Shown here: piece by piece, positions 25,292-37,725 of the stretch
Layout of the letters: every line of letters starts with the position of its first letter
How positions within the stretch are numbered: the stretch's first letter is position 1
NCBI GenBank assembly: GCA_905331295.1
Contig: CAJNYD010000438.1
Span: forward strand, 1-64,000
DNA from: Rotaria socialis
Taxonomy: Eukaryota
Length of the DNA stretch: 64,000 nucleotides
Direction of reading: 5' to 3'
Position numbers and translations under genes: made by a program
Notes under the pieces: generated by a model
Seen by the model: the letters and a program-made list of their open reading frames with translations, nothing else
What the model was told of the DNA's origin: nothing
Databases searched by the model: none

Positions 25292-25900
25292 ATGCATTTA
25301 TTTCTTGTTTGGCGTGAAATGGAAGATCAGCTTAGTTCCATAGGACATTCAATTGAAACTTTTCTATGGGGAGATAGTCGTGCTCGACATACATTTTTAA
25401 TAGCATGTACTGATGAACATCCTTTATTATTAATGGAAATTGATCTTGGTGATCATGCGAAAGGAGTCCGTAAAAGTATGAAATTAAATATTGTTGATTT
25501 GGAGGAAGTACCTGAATCAATATCTAAAATTGAATTGATTGGTGAAATTAAATCACCAACAGCATTAGATCATCTAATTCGAACAGCAGAAGCCTATATA
25601 AAAGAGCATCCAAATTATCATGTAGTTTTAAATAATTGTCGAACATTCGTTGAATATCTTATTGATCAAATACCTGAACTTCGTGATTCTGTACCACGTA
25701 AAAATGGATCTGTACTTGAATATTATCATTCACGAGCGAAACATGAAAATCCCGGTGCGATAGTCAAAAGTAAAAAAATGATAAGAGACATACGCGATTT
25801 ACATCGACATAACAAACAATATAAATATGCCAGTCAATTAGTACTACAAGTAGAATTACCTAAACTGGATGATAATCATAATAATGAAGCACGATTTTAA
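25292..25900 (+). CDS. Intronless 202-aa protein, permuted papain-like (PPPDE/LRAT/NlpC-P60) fold candidate
   Basis: Clean ORF. An upstream His (RHTFL) precedes a downstream YHVVLNNCRTFVEYL motif, the Y-x-x-x-x-N-N-C-x-x-F signature of permuted papain-like enzymes. Confidence 0.65.
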   Translation: MHLFLVWREMEDQLSSIGHSIETFLWGDSRARHTFLIACTDEHPLLLMEIDLGDHAKGVRKSMKLNIVDLEEVPESISKIELIGEIKSPTALDHLIRTAEAYIKEHPNYHVVLNNCRTFVEYLIDQIPELRDSVPRKNGSVLEYYHSRAKHENPGAIVKSKKMIRDIRDLHRHNKQYKYASQLVLQVELPKLDDNHNNEARF

Positions 25901-27544
25901 CTTTAATAACTCTCACTTCTACATTGTTAAATATTCATCTTGCTGTAGCTTACTATTTATTAGAATAATAGAATAAGTAATTCTTGTATTTTTATATATT
26001 GGCACTATAAATTGATTTGAAATTGTCACATCTATTTTTATGGTTGATAGGAATTAAAGTGGGAGAAACCAAATAGTTAGTGGAATTTATTTTATTGGAA
26101 TTTTCCAATCAATTCCTAAGCATTTCGAAATAAATTCGATACTGTTTATTAGTGCAAAGTTGCAATTTAAGCAAGCTGAAATATGATCCTAATAAATCCT
26201 GCCATTCTCTTGGAAATCAATATCCAATAGATATCAGTGTAATATTCAAGATGTATTAAATAATAATACTGACAGCTCGAAATTAGGATTTTAGCAGAAA
26301 ACATTTAGTATATTGTATAATAATTTAGTTGCAGTTTGAAAAAGAATCTGAAAAAGATGTACTCATGAGATTTTGTCTGGTCGTCTGAAAATTTAGAGTG
26401 AATTTTTTATTTCTATATTATTTAATAGAGCATTGATTACTCTATCTAAATATGTATTTACATCCGATTAAATTTTTATCTTATTAAGAAAATCAAAACA
26501 TTTCTAAGATCTAGTCAAAATATGAGAAAACCGTTAGTAGCAATTTAACATGATCTATTTCTTTTTTGTTTTTAATCAGACCATATCCTAATAATTTACT
26601 TTTGTTGGCAAAACCAAGAGCATACGACTCGTAGAATACAAATAATTGAAAAGGTTGTAAACCAAACGAAAATTTCTATCCCTATCTTCATTTGATAAAC
26701 ATTACTCTTGTGATTTCTTTTTATGCCTATACGTTGTATACTTGGGGGAAGTTAGAAACAGTTGAGCATTCCATTGTAACCTATTGATGGGAACTTAGCA
26801 GTCAATATAGATTGTTGCTTTTTTCCGTTTCTTTGTTTTTATATTTCTTCAAAAGGTTCGCTAGTAAAAATCGAATTAACAATTGCACCCGACTTCATGC
26901 TCTAAATCATTCACATACTTGTGACAAACATCTGTCATTAATATTTAGATAGTGTTCTGTTGATAAATGTCTATTTCATGTCATCTGTGGCTCGTCTAGT
27001 AGACTTTCAAATGTCATTTATTAATAGAATACAAATATTGAAAATATAAATACATTATTGACCATCTATGTTTCAACAGCTTCCTTAGTATGAGAATTAA
27101 AATGTTTCTAAAATTGATTGTTCGTATTTTATTTTATTTTAGAAAACAAAACGGAATTTTGTAGAGATATCTTAATAAATAAAAAGCAACTAACTGAATG
27201 TAAATTTACATTTGTAACATCTGTTACTTTCTCATACTAGTCTGTCTATCGATTTTATACAATCGTATTATCTGTATCAATCGAGATCAATATATCCATG
27301 AGCTATGTATCTGTTTCATGTATTTATTTATCAGTATTATTAATTGTGTAAGAGATCAAAGAGTCATAAACTTCGATGTCACATTCACTGGCGTCAGAGC
27401 TTATATGGTTAGAATAAAAAGCTTTAACCACTTGTTTTTTTTTCAGTCCAAAAAATGAAGAAAATAATCAATATTTCATCTTTGCACAATGCAATACATT
27501 GATGAAAACATTATAATTATTAAATGAAATATAAGTATATATGC

Positions 27545-27956
27545 CAAGGGAGAGAAGAGCGGATTTTTGGGATTTTCAAAATCCCATAAATTGAAAAGCA
27601 TTTTCCCCTCTGTGAATGACATAGTTTCGACCTGAAATTCTTCCCATATATAGGTTTCATGGTCCATAAAAGATCCTAAAAGTTTCAACTCGAACAAATG
27701 TTTCCTTCTTAAAACATTGAATTTTCAAAAAAACTGGATTTTCTGACCACGCCGTGAAATGAGCATTTCTTGCGCATTCATTATCTTGAGAAGGAAATAT
27801 CTGTTTGCGCTGAAAATTTTAGAATATTCTAAGGATCATGAGGCTTACATATGGGAAAAAATTCAGATGGAAATTTCATCATTCACATTTTGGATTTTGG
27901 GATTTTAAAAATCTCAAAAGTCCTAAAAAAATCCCAAATCCGCCTTTTCCCCCTTG
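27545..27956. mobile_element. MITE with CAAGGG termini and 8-bp TSD (P- or hAT-like)
   Basis: CAAGGGAGAGAAGAGCGGATTT versus rc CAAGGGGGAAAAGGCGGATTT. TSD ATATATGC at 27537-27544 and 27957-27964. Confidence 0.85.
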
Positions 27957-29180
27957 ATATATGCCATATTTCATTAGCTACTATTGTACTCGAAATCTTC
28001 TCGTTCATGATTCGCATTAATTCACTTTTCTATATGTAAACAAATCAGAAACCAATAATACTTCTATTCGGAACAGTTGATTCTTTACTTAATAAAATAT
28101 GATTTTATTTTAGAAAACCATTACAATCAGTATCGGGTTCGCTTTATTTTCGTTCATTATCAGTAGTTGATATTCTTGCTTTGATCGTCAAGAAATCTTC
28201 TATTAAGACGAATAGAAAAATTCTGATCCACAATTACCGATATCAATTAAAATCTTTAGAAAATAATAGATTTCTTTTTACGATTCAGCTAACATAAGAT
28301 TGTTCAACAGTCAGCTTTGCAGAATTTGATATTCATTTTTATGTCATCGTAGTTGACAAACAAGAAACGCCCCAAAAATAATTTCTATGCAATTATGATG
28401 ATGGAAAGGAAAAATTGAAAATACTAAGAAAAGACCACCTCTAATGAATAATATTTTTCTTCATATAGAAAAATATGGCCCGATGTTTTTGAAAGAACAA
28501 ATAGATTTTATTCATTTTCATAAAGTCAATGTGAATCTGTAATTTATTACAAGTCATTAAGATTGTATGTAATTATTTATTAGTTTGCAGTATCCTCTTC
28601 AAATTTCGAATGTTAATTCCGATTCGTTTTATAAAAAAGAAAGCAAGCTTTATGATGCAAAATCTGTGGAGTCATTACCCAATAGCTAATGAATTATCAT
28701 TCTTATCAAGTAGAAAGTACTTGAAATTGTCAGTGTTTAGACTAGACATTAGTTTAATGAAACAATCTCAAGCTGACTACGCACCTTTTTCTTTGCAATG
28801 CAAAAGTTGGTTGATTTTTTTGTTAAAAAAAGTAATATGAAGTGTTGATTTACTTCATCATAAGTTCAAAAAAGAATCAAGCATTTTGTTTTTCCTATAA
28901 TAAAATATATAAATTTATTTTCGCATTAAATTTAATGGTAATAGAAAATTCGGTGTGATCAAATCGTGCATTGAGCATGAAAGCCGTTGATCTATTAAGG
29001 CATTCTATTTTTACTAATTCATACATTAAGAAAAAGCTGAATATTTGACCTTTCCGAGTCTCCTTTACTCAATGTCAATTAATAAAACAATATGTTAAAT
29101 CATTGATATCTTTATTTAGTATTAATTTTTTATTTACATTAATTGATCACAATATACACAACATATCAATTTAGTTCATA

Positions 29181-29808
29181 TTATTCTCCGAAGAAAACTA
29201 AAATAAATATACTAAAACAATAGAAAATATTCAAAAATGAATAACTAGAATAAGAAGTGCGATTGCATGCATCGCTATCACATGTGTGTAAACAACCTCG
29301 AAAATGTTGATTTTTCTGAAGCCAATGAAGTTTAACAAAACCACAATGACTAGAATGAGCTATGCCATTATCATTAGCTTCATCGCGGCCGCATGTTCGA
29401 TACATATATTGAGTAGGTTTAGGTGCTAGGAGAAGTCAAGATTTATTATTATAATCAAGAGAACCTGAATTCGATTGAGAAGAATAAAAATAAAAGTCCT
29501 TCATTTTACCTTTCGAATAAGCAACTAATTTGATACAATGTGTTGCAGGAAATAAACCTGCACGTCCACGTAAATGAGTTAAGCATGGTGCTTGAAGAAA
29601 CGATGGTTCATTCGCTACATCACCTTGAAATGAATCTTCACACGATGGATTACTTCCATTAATTGATAAGCATTTGTAACATGATATTGATGAAACTAAA
29701 TAATAGCAATTCAATAAAATTCTGCTTTACATTTTCAAGACTAAAACAACTCATACCAATCTTAAGAGGAAACATCACCATCAACATAGAAATAGAAAGC
29801 TTCTGCAT
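29181..29808 (-). CDS. Ly6/three-finger (quiver/sleepless-like) secreted, probably GPI-anchored protein; 3 exons
   Basis: Signal peptide MQKLSISMLMVMFPLRL, then ISCYKCLS..CEDSF..C..HCIKL..YRTC..HCG..GCLHTCDSDACN and a hydrophobic C-terminal tail. Exons 29808-29757, 29695-29510, 29425-29181. Confidence 0.85.
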
Positions 29809-29872
29809 TATTTTCTTGTTTGTCTTTCTAGTATAGCAATGTGGTTTTTATGGAGCGATCTCTCTCCCGTGT

Positions 29873-29917
<45 letters not shown>

Positions 29918-30373
29918 GTCACTGATCTTTGCTGCTATTACTTGTGTTGATTCTTTATCCTTTCTTTGCACGATTCTCGTATATGAATGATTATGTCGAC
30001 ATGCCCATGTTGATCATCAATAATATATTAATACAAATATAAGGAAGCCTACTTATCATGGTAAATATGATATACTAAAAACACATGTTGCATCTTGTGT
30101 TAATGTCAGACACGAATAACAAAGAAGTTGTTGGCGAAAAGAAAGTATTTCTCAGAAAATCAGAATACTTGTTTCATTATAATCATCATAGATGTTTATT
30201 AATCGTATTACTAATAGAATCTTATTCGCATACAAAATCGCTTTGACATCGATTGAAGGATTATTTACTGATAATAAATTATCAATTGCCACGGTCCATT
30301 ATATCGTAAAATTTTATTAAAAAATCAAAACAGACAAAAAATTTAGTATATAATAATAACAAAGCTTTGATTC

Positions 30374-31651
30374 TTAACATCGACCATACGGATATCGGTC
30401 ATAATCACCTGGGCCACGAATTTGTTTTATTCCATCACAATATATATACAAATTCTCATAAGGTTTCAATCGACGTGTATTTGCCCAAAAACTACAAAGA
30501 ATGAAAATAAAAAAGAATGAAACTCAAAATCAAACTCACCTAAAAGCACTTTTACTCATAACCATCGTATGACAACGTGAAATCATGTAAAAGTCTAATA
30601 TAGTTTTTTCGAGTCCATCGCATGCTAACTTTTTTCCTGAACGATCAATATGTCTTATAATTCCATCAATACTTAATAAACGTGAACGAAATTGTTTTCT
30701 TGCGTAGCTTTGTATTTCTTCTGAGTCAGTTGAAATAAACATCAATTCATTGGATTTCGATATATTTTTTAAAAATTCTATTACAGTTGTATTCATTCGT
30801 TCACGTTTAGGAAACACTACATCGTTGGGATTCGTTGGATTTTTTCCAATACGTATATGTGCACATGAGAGATGTCTCAGATGAATTTTTTCTGATATCT
30901 CATCTATATGAGATTGTGGATGAGATTTTAATTTAAATAACAATTCATATACTAATGTAAATACAGTATGAATAAATAACGTTGAACGGTGTAAACCATA
31001 GTGTATGTGAAGAACACGATAAAAATCATCACGCCACAATAATAACGAATAATAAGCCAGATCTTTAACTTTAAAAAAAATTACATCAATATCCGTCCAT
31101 GATACTACCTCACGATAATCATTGTCCGATGCTGAAAGATTATATATCGTAGTATGTTTTAGTTTCGACAAATTTTTTATTGTTTGATTCCAATTTATAA
31201 AATTCGGTTCTAATAAATGAGTTATTGGGCAAGGCCATGTTATATTTATAAGAAATGTTCGATTTAAGACTAACGACAATAAATAGGCACCGACTATTTT
31301 CCGAGTTCGATCACCCCAACCACCACATGGCTGATTGCATGTATAAATTAAATATTTTTTGGGTGATGTTCGAGGTTTTGTTAAGCGAACGAAATTAACA
31401 TGATAAGATTCATACCGTTGTAATAGAGGTTGATGATGAATGCGTGCCAGAATAGATTTTTCATTTGAATTTATGATTCTATGTCGTTGTCTGGATATAT
31501 TAGATACTGAAAATTTCTTTTTACAAGACGAAAACCAACAGTAATCGGACGTCGAAAATGTTGAAAAATATAAAATTTGACTAATAAAAATTAAAAACCA
31601 AATAGCAAAACCAAGTAACATATATATGTAAAGTCGTTGATATCGACTCAT
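30374..31651 (-). CDS. Type II membrane glycosyltransferase, fucosyltransferase-like GT-B (GT23/NodZ/O-FucT-like); 2 exons
   Basis: N-terminal TM segment. Motifs GGWGDR, HIRIG, FISTDS, LDFYMISRC..SKSAFSFWA. A 48-nt intron at 30539-30492. Last exon ends ..YPYGRC*. Confidence 0.8.
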
Positions 31652-33610
31652 CGATTATATTTAATCAACAACAACATTTAGACATCTAAACAGGGGATTT
31701 GTAACCAACTAGCTGTATTGATATTCTAGAAGAAAAATCAGTAAGATTAGAACAATTATCTAGTTTAAAAACAAATTATAATATCATTCGAAAAATAACT
31801 TACGAGGCATAATAATTAATAGTCATTCTTTCTTTATCATATATATATATATCTTCAATAGATAAAGTTTAGTTTAAACACAAATCATTATCACCTCAAA
31901 TTACTTAGGTAATATGATTTTTTTTATGATTCATAATAGATGTAGGTATCAAATTTGCATTAGATTGCATTTTTTTTATACAGTAGAAAAAAAATGAAAG
32001 AAGGAAAAAAAAATTTTTTCTATAATAAAACGCTTTCATTTTTTGAGTTCTACTACAGGAAAAAAATTCTCTCGATTGAGACAATCATTCATTTCTGAGT
32101 GTCTCTCGAAACTACTTCATATAGCTCATATATCATTTGAACTTTAGTATCATATATATCATTGACAGAAGAAAAGTAAAAATTTCATGGCAACCTTGTA
32201 CACTTTCTTTGATCATACGATATAAATTGCTCATGATAGTTTCATGTCTTATTGAAAACCAGATAATCATTGCTTCCCATAATATTTCTCATAAAAATCT
32301 AGAATAATAAATTTAATATATATTTTATTTTGCAAAAAAGAATTTCTTATGTGAATGACTATTTCGTTTAATTTTTCAGCTCAGATTTTCTCAAGTTTAT
32401 TATTTATGCCATAGATTAAGTTACTAACAGAGATTTCAAACATCAATATTTACAAGAATTTTTTCGGCAAGTAAAAACTCAACGGTGACCCGAGAAGCAG
32501 TAAATATTGCATGGAATTTGCAGATTAGTGTTGTAATTTGAAAAAGTTCTTCCAATCAAATCTAAAAAAAAGAAGAAAATTCATTTCTGATGGAAAATAA
32601 CGAAACTTCATTAATAGAAGATATTTTGTATCTTTAAAATTTCAATTTGTTCTGTTCATAGCACTGCTGGAAAAATTTATTATCTTACTTGATTTTCTTT
32701 CGATTGATTGAACATTAAGAAAACCCCGTACTTCTGGTACGATTATTTGAGTTGATTAATTGATCGACTTGTTTCTTTTTATCAAGCAATAACTCTGAAA
32801 ATAAAATATTTTAAACCAATCAAATAAAAGAACACGTTGTGAGGTATGTACGCATGGATGTGTACCACCGTTTGACTCAAAACGAATATTGAAGAAAGAA
32901 AAGTAGTGAGGCCACCTTCCTTGTATAAAAATATGAAATCGACAAGTAACAAGAGTGTATATCGCAGAATAAGAAATGAATGAATTCGTATTTAAATTGT
33001 GACACAGAACATGACAAAGAGAACGAATAATCGCAAAAAGTCCGATTTTTCTTCTTTCATTCTGTACTGTTTTGTGTTCTTTTTAGGTTGGGTTGCACTG
33101 CTTGCTAGGTAATAATCTCACATAGCTAATAACTCTCTACTTACGATGTATTTTTACTTTAAATACGAATGAAATGGACAGATTGCAATATATTTCATAG
33201 TGGCAAATTTTAAAATAATTGTTAAGTGACATAGTATAACAAAGTAAAATAGAATTCAAGTCGTTTAAATTGTACTAGATGTATCATTTAAATGACATAT
33301 TTTAATTGAGCATTACTCAGGACTGTTTAAGTTTTTTTAATGGCAAAACTAGGCACAATATTGCTTAGTTATAACTTTAATAATTAGAGACTGTTCCATT
33401 CGAATTCATGGTTTCAAATTGATTTGTTCTAGTTATATAATTGTTATTGAATTGAAGTTATTTAGTTTTGTTTTTCATCTATAGATTTTAATAGAAGAGC
33501 AAACAGTTTAAATAAAGATAATACTATTTGTTGTTGTTTTGTCATAGATTTCTTTGAAAATTTTGTAATGAAGACTTTGAATATTTAAATGAAGTTTATT
33601 TTGATTTCAA

Positions 33611-34678
33611 GAGTGATGCCATAATCCCGTTACACCGGGTAACGACTTTTTCTTCAGCTAAACATACTTTATAAGTATATTCGGTGTATTACCCCTAGGA
33701 TATCCACTTTTATATAACTATATGTTTTAAAGTTAAGGAATTCGGAGAAGCTGCCTAATTCCACATCAAATAAGAACGAGATTTTCGAAGAATCCATTGA
33801 TGACGTTGAGCCTGCTACAAGCTTACCTGCGTTTGCAATAACAATTCCTGAGGTTTCTAGCAGCATACCTCAGATTGATAGAAGCATACCTAAGGTTGTT
33901 AGATGCATTCCTGTGTTTGCTGGAAGAAATTGGGTGCTCCGAGATGTATAGGTTAATTTGTGCGAAAGTTGGTTTGAATATCTGTAACAAGATGAGGCAC
34001 AGTTGCAGTAACCTGTATGAAGTATCTAACAGCACAAGTATGTATTCCGGTACCTGTGGTGTCTCTCGAAGGACTCCACCCGTACTGGCAACAACGTGAG
34101 ACAAGGGTGTTGGAAGTCGAGAAATAATCTTAGCAATTTGATACATGGTTTCAGCAAGTTCACGCATTCTTTTAGAAGTCTAAGACATTCATGTAGTAGG
34201 GTCCGGCTTGCTTTCAGCAGCGGTAGCCTTCCCTCTACCAATGTTACTCATTGTCAGGAATCCAGGGAAGGCTCCTAGGAATCATAACTTATGCCATACA
34301 TTTCAGTCTAAGTAATATGCATGTCTAAATTCAAATTATTTAAAAAACAATTCAGATAAAATGATATTATTTGCATTTTTCTGTAGCAATATCTGTGCCT
34401 TAAGTTTTTCCGAGGTGTTACTGTGCAGTACATGAATCAATTATATTCAAATTCGAATTGAGCATCTTATGCAAATTCGAGTTGTTTTGTGTATTTCTTC
34501 GAGGATATCCAAGTTGTTACGCTTTAGGGTAATACCCCAAAACAACTCAAATTCCTCAACTTAAAACATATAGTTAAATAAAAGTTGATACACTAAGGGT
34601 AATACCCCAAAAAAAATTCGATGGGTATTATGACTTGGAAATCACGATACCCAGTGTAATGGTATTATGACATCTATG
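33611..34678. mobile_element. Long-TIR non-autonomous element with 8-bp TSD (P- or hAT-like)
   Basis: TSD GATTTCAA at 33603-33610 and 34679-34686. GATGCCATAATCCCGTTACACCGGGT versus rc GATGTCATAATACCATTACACTGGGT. A further inverted block at ~33685-33742 pairs with ~34550-34608. Confidence 0.8.
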
Positions 34679-35439
34679 GATTTCAAATTATGGTCAACAT
34701 GTCTTTTATATACGACGAAATAAGCTGAAAAATGAAGACAATAACTTTAGAGTATTGCTTGCTAAGAACGAGAGCCGCATTATCTATCTTGTTTAATCAA
34801 TATTGATCGAAAGTAAATCACAATTCTAGTTTGGACATAAATAAAGATTGAGATTTAGAAACATACTAATGAATTTCGAATCTAAAAGTACTGATGATCA
34901 AATGCCAGTCTACAATTCTCATTCCTTTTTACGTGTTTGATATTAATTGGTTTTAGGCAGTGGCGGCGCGACCGGGGAGGGGAGGGTACCCCTTCCTGCT
35001 TTTGAAAAATATGAACTCAATTTTCTCCGATTTTGACAAAAAATGATATGAAATTTTCTCTCGCTTCGAGCATTATATATCGGTAATACTCTTCTATTTT
35101 GAAAAAAATATGTATCAACTTTCTTTAATTCGGTAGAATATGTCTCAAAATCTTTTATCGAAAATCCTATATATTTGACAAACTAAATCCTCTAAGGATT
35201 CCTATATTTGTAAAAAGTAGCAATCGGAGCTCAGCACAAGGGTGATTCATTAGAGTTGGATTTCGTTAAAATCCAACATCGGATCCGATTGGATCAAATA
35301 CCAAGGATCCGACTGTAGGCCCGTGTTCAAGAATTCCATAAGATTTCGTCGGTTTTATTGAAACATATATGGTATTCGATATATTCACTGTCTGGTCCTT
35401 GTCGGAATCCGATAAGATCCTACTGTCTAAATGATTCTC

Positions 35440-35642
35440 TTGGGAAGATCATTATTTGAGATTTTAAACCATAGAAATTTTGGAATAACATCAGCAAATC
35501 TACACCTTTTGAGAAATTTAAGATCAAGTAATATTCTTTGGTAGCGACGGTGTAAGTTTTTTGACGAACGATAATAAGCTAATATATTTTCTCCAAAATT
35601 CAAACGTAAAAACCCATCTATATTTTCCATCGGAAAATCCAT
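35440..35642 (-). pseudogene. 5' fragment of a Penelope-like retroelement ORF
   Basis: ILLDLKFLKRCRFADVIPKFLWFK resembles the FL-x-x-C-x(4)-IP-K-FL N-terminal motif of Penelope-like RT ORFs. Truncated downstream. Confidence 0.55.
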
Positions 35643-36643
35643 CTATCACAAACCATATCTTAATTGTAGCTAAGAAAAAACTAATTAGGTTACCTTCAAA
35701 AATACCAAACAAGTAGCCGATCAAAAAATTAATTTGTAGAATAAAAATTAAGGAGATTAAAATGAGCGTCCCCTCACAACATTAGCTTTAGAACGATCAA
35801 CCTAGAACGAATAGACTTTTCTCTTCCCACCTCCATAGTATAAAGAACTACAATAACAAAGTCGACATCGGGAAACAAAAGAAACAGAAAACGCTCGAAT
35901 CCAACCAACCGCATGATTTTTCGCAACAAACACACAGACACATCATTCTAAAACACATTATAATCCTACTAATCAAAACGATAAATTTCAAAGTTCCACA
36001 AAAACAATATTTAATCCGTTTTCATCAATTTAGGTACAAACTCAACACCCACAAATAGCCTCATCAGCACCCAAAAGAAATCAACTGAACAACAGAACTC
36101 AATGATTTTTTACTATTATCAGCAGCTATTCGACAAATTAGAATTTGGAATATCAATGTTATTGGCATTTTCATTGATATTACATCGACATTGTTACTCG
36201 TTTGATGATGATCCTCACTAGGATCGAAAATTTACGTTTATAGAAAACAGCATCTTCAATGTTTTTTTTTTCGAATTGCTATGAATTTGAGCAAGCATAA
36301 TCTATTGTGCTGCATTTAATTAAATAAAAAAATTTTATTTTTATTTTATTATATTTTTACATTATTGTCTCAACTCAATGATTTTTTAACACATAGAATG
36401 ATATTTTATGATTAATGAATACTACCGATGTCCACTTGAAAACTTGGTTCTAATTGAGTACCAGTAATCAGAAAAAGGATGAGTTTGGAGAGTCACTGTG
36501 AACATCTTTCGATAGTATTATAAGCGAGAAAACAACTTCTACTAATCATGATTATGATTAGATAGCTAAATATTAAATGATATCATACATTAGTAAGAAA
36601 AATATATGATTGAGAAAGTCAGTTGATACCTCGCTGCGTTTCC

Positions 36644-36730
36644 ACTGTACTTCTACTGTACTCCGACTGTACTTCGACTGTACTTCACTGAACTCCCACT
36701 CTACTTCACTGTACTCCTGCTGTACTTCAA
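36644..36730. repeat. Degenerate ~11-bp tandem repeat (ACTGTACTTCN)
   Basis: About 8 imperfect copies, read directly. Confidence 0.75.
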
Positions 36731-37725
36731 GTCTATTTTGCAGTAGTGTGAGTTTCACTTTTTTCCCCTTGATTTAGAGGCAAAATATATTAGATTATCA
36801 GTAAATATTATTCATAGCTTTCGTGTGTTTCTCTTGAAATAAAATACTATCGAAATTTACACTGTGAGATCGATCACTGAATAAATAAATCAACGATCAA
36901 CGATACGGGTTCACCTTTGATGAAAATAATACACTTGATTCAAACAGAACTCTGAAGATTATAAAGTGAACAAATTTTATCATGCATGTCCTATTAACTT
37001 AGCTAGTAACTAAAAAAAGAATTATCTAACAGAATATTAACAATTTCTAACTTTCAAGACGTTAATTTCTTGGCTTGTTTTGTTGAATGCAATTATTTTG
37101 ATAAAATTTAATTATTTTACGAATAAAATCTGTTCATTATTTCATGAAATTCACCATAATTAAATTTATCAAAGCAACAAATTGTGATAGTCGTGTCACT
37201 AGGGATATATGACTCGATTTATCTGTAAAAAAACAAAAAGAATACAGCGATGAACTTTATGTCTGTAATTGTTTTTTTATTAATATTATTTCGATGCGTA
37301 GGACGTTTGAATGAATATATTTTCTCATCATTAAAAAGCAATTCGTTTAACCTTGAGAAATATCGCGTAAGTACCATGCCACTTTAGTTTCCTCAGATTA
37401 TTAAAAACATGAATAGTGCAAACTACTCTAGGAATGATCATAAAAAATTGTTTTCTTCCATGATATTAATGAAAAACCTTTCATAAAGAAAATTTCATAC
37501 TATGATCTGAGATAATTAAAAATGTATAAAATAGAATAAACCCCAAAATAGATACATTCTTTTGTTCATTCAATCAGTTTTTTTTATAAATTCCCAAATA
37601 AATGCATAAGAACAAAAACGATTCATCAGAACCCATAAAAAATACATAAATGATATAACAAGTATATTCTTCCTTTTTTCTCTCATATACTTATATATAT
37701 ATATATATATAAATAAATAGCCGAT

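Noticed and set aside
34958..35000. GC-rich CAGTGGCGGCGCG.. resembling a DNA transposon end
   Set aside because: No matching opposite terminus or TSD found.
36030..36075. CTGATGA on the minus strand upstream of the Penelope-like fragment, a possible hammerhead ribozyme core
   Set aside because: I could not build a convincing stem II closing onto GAAA, or a stem III.
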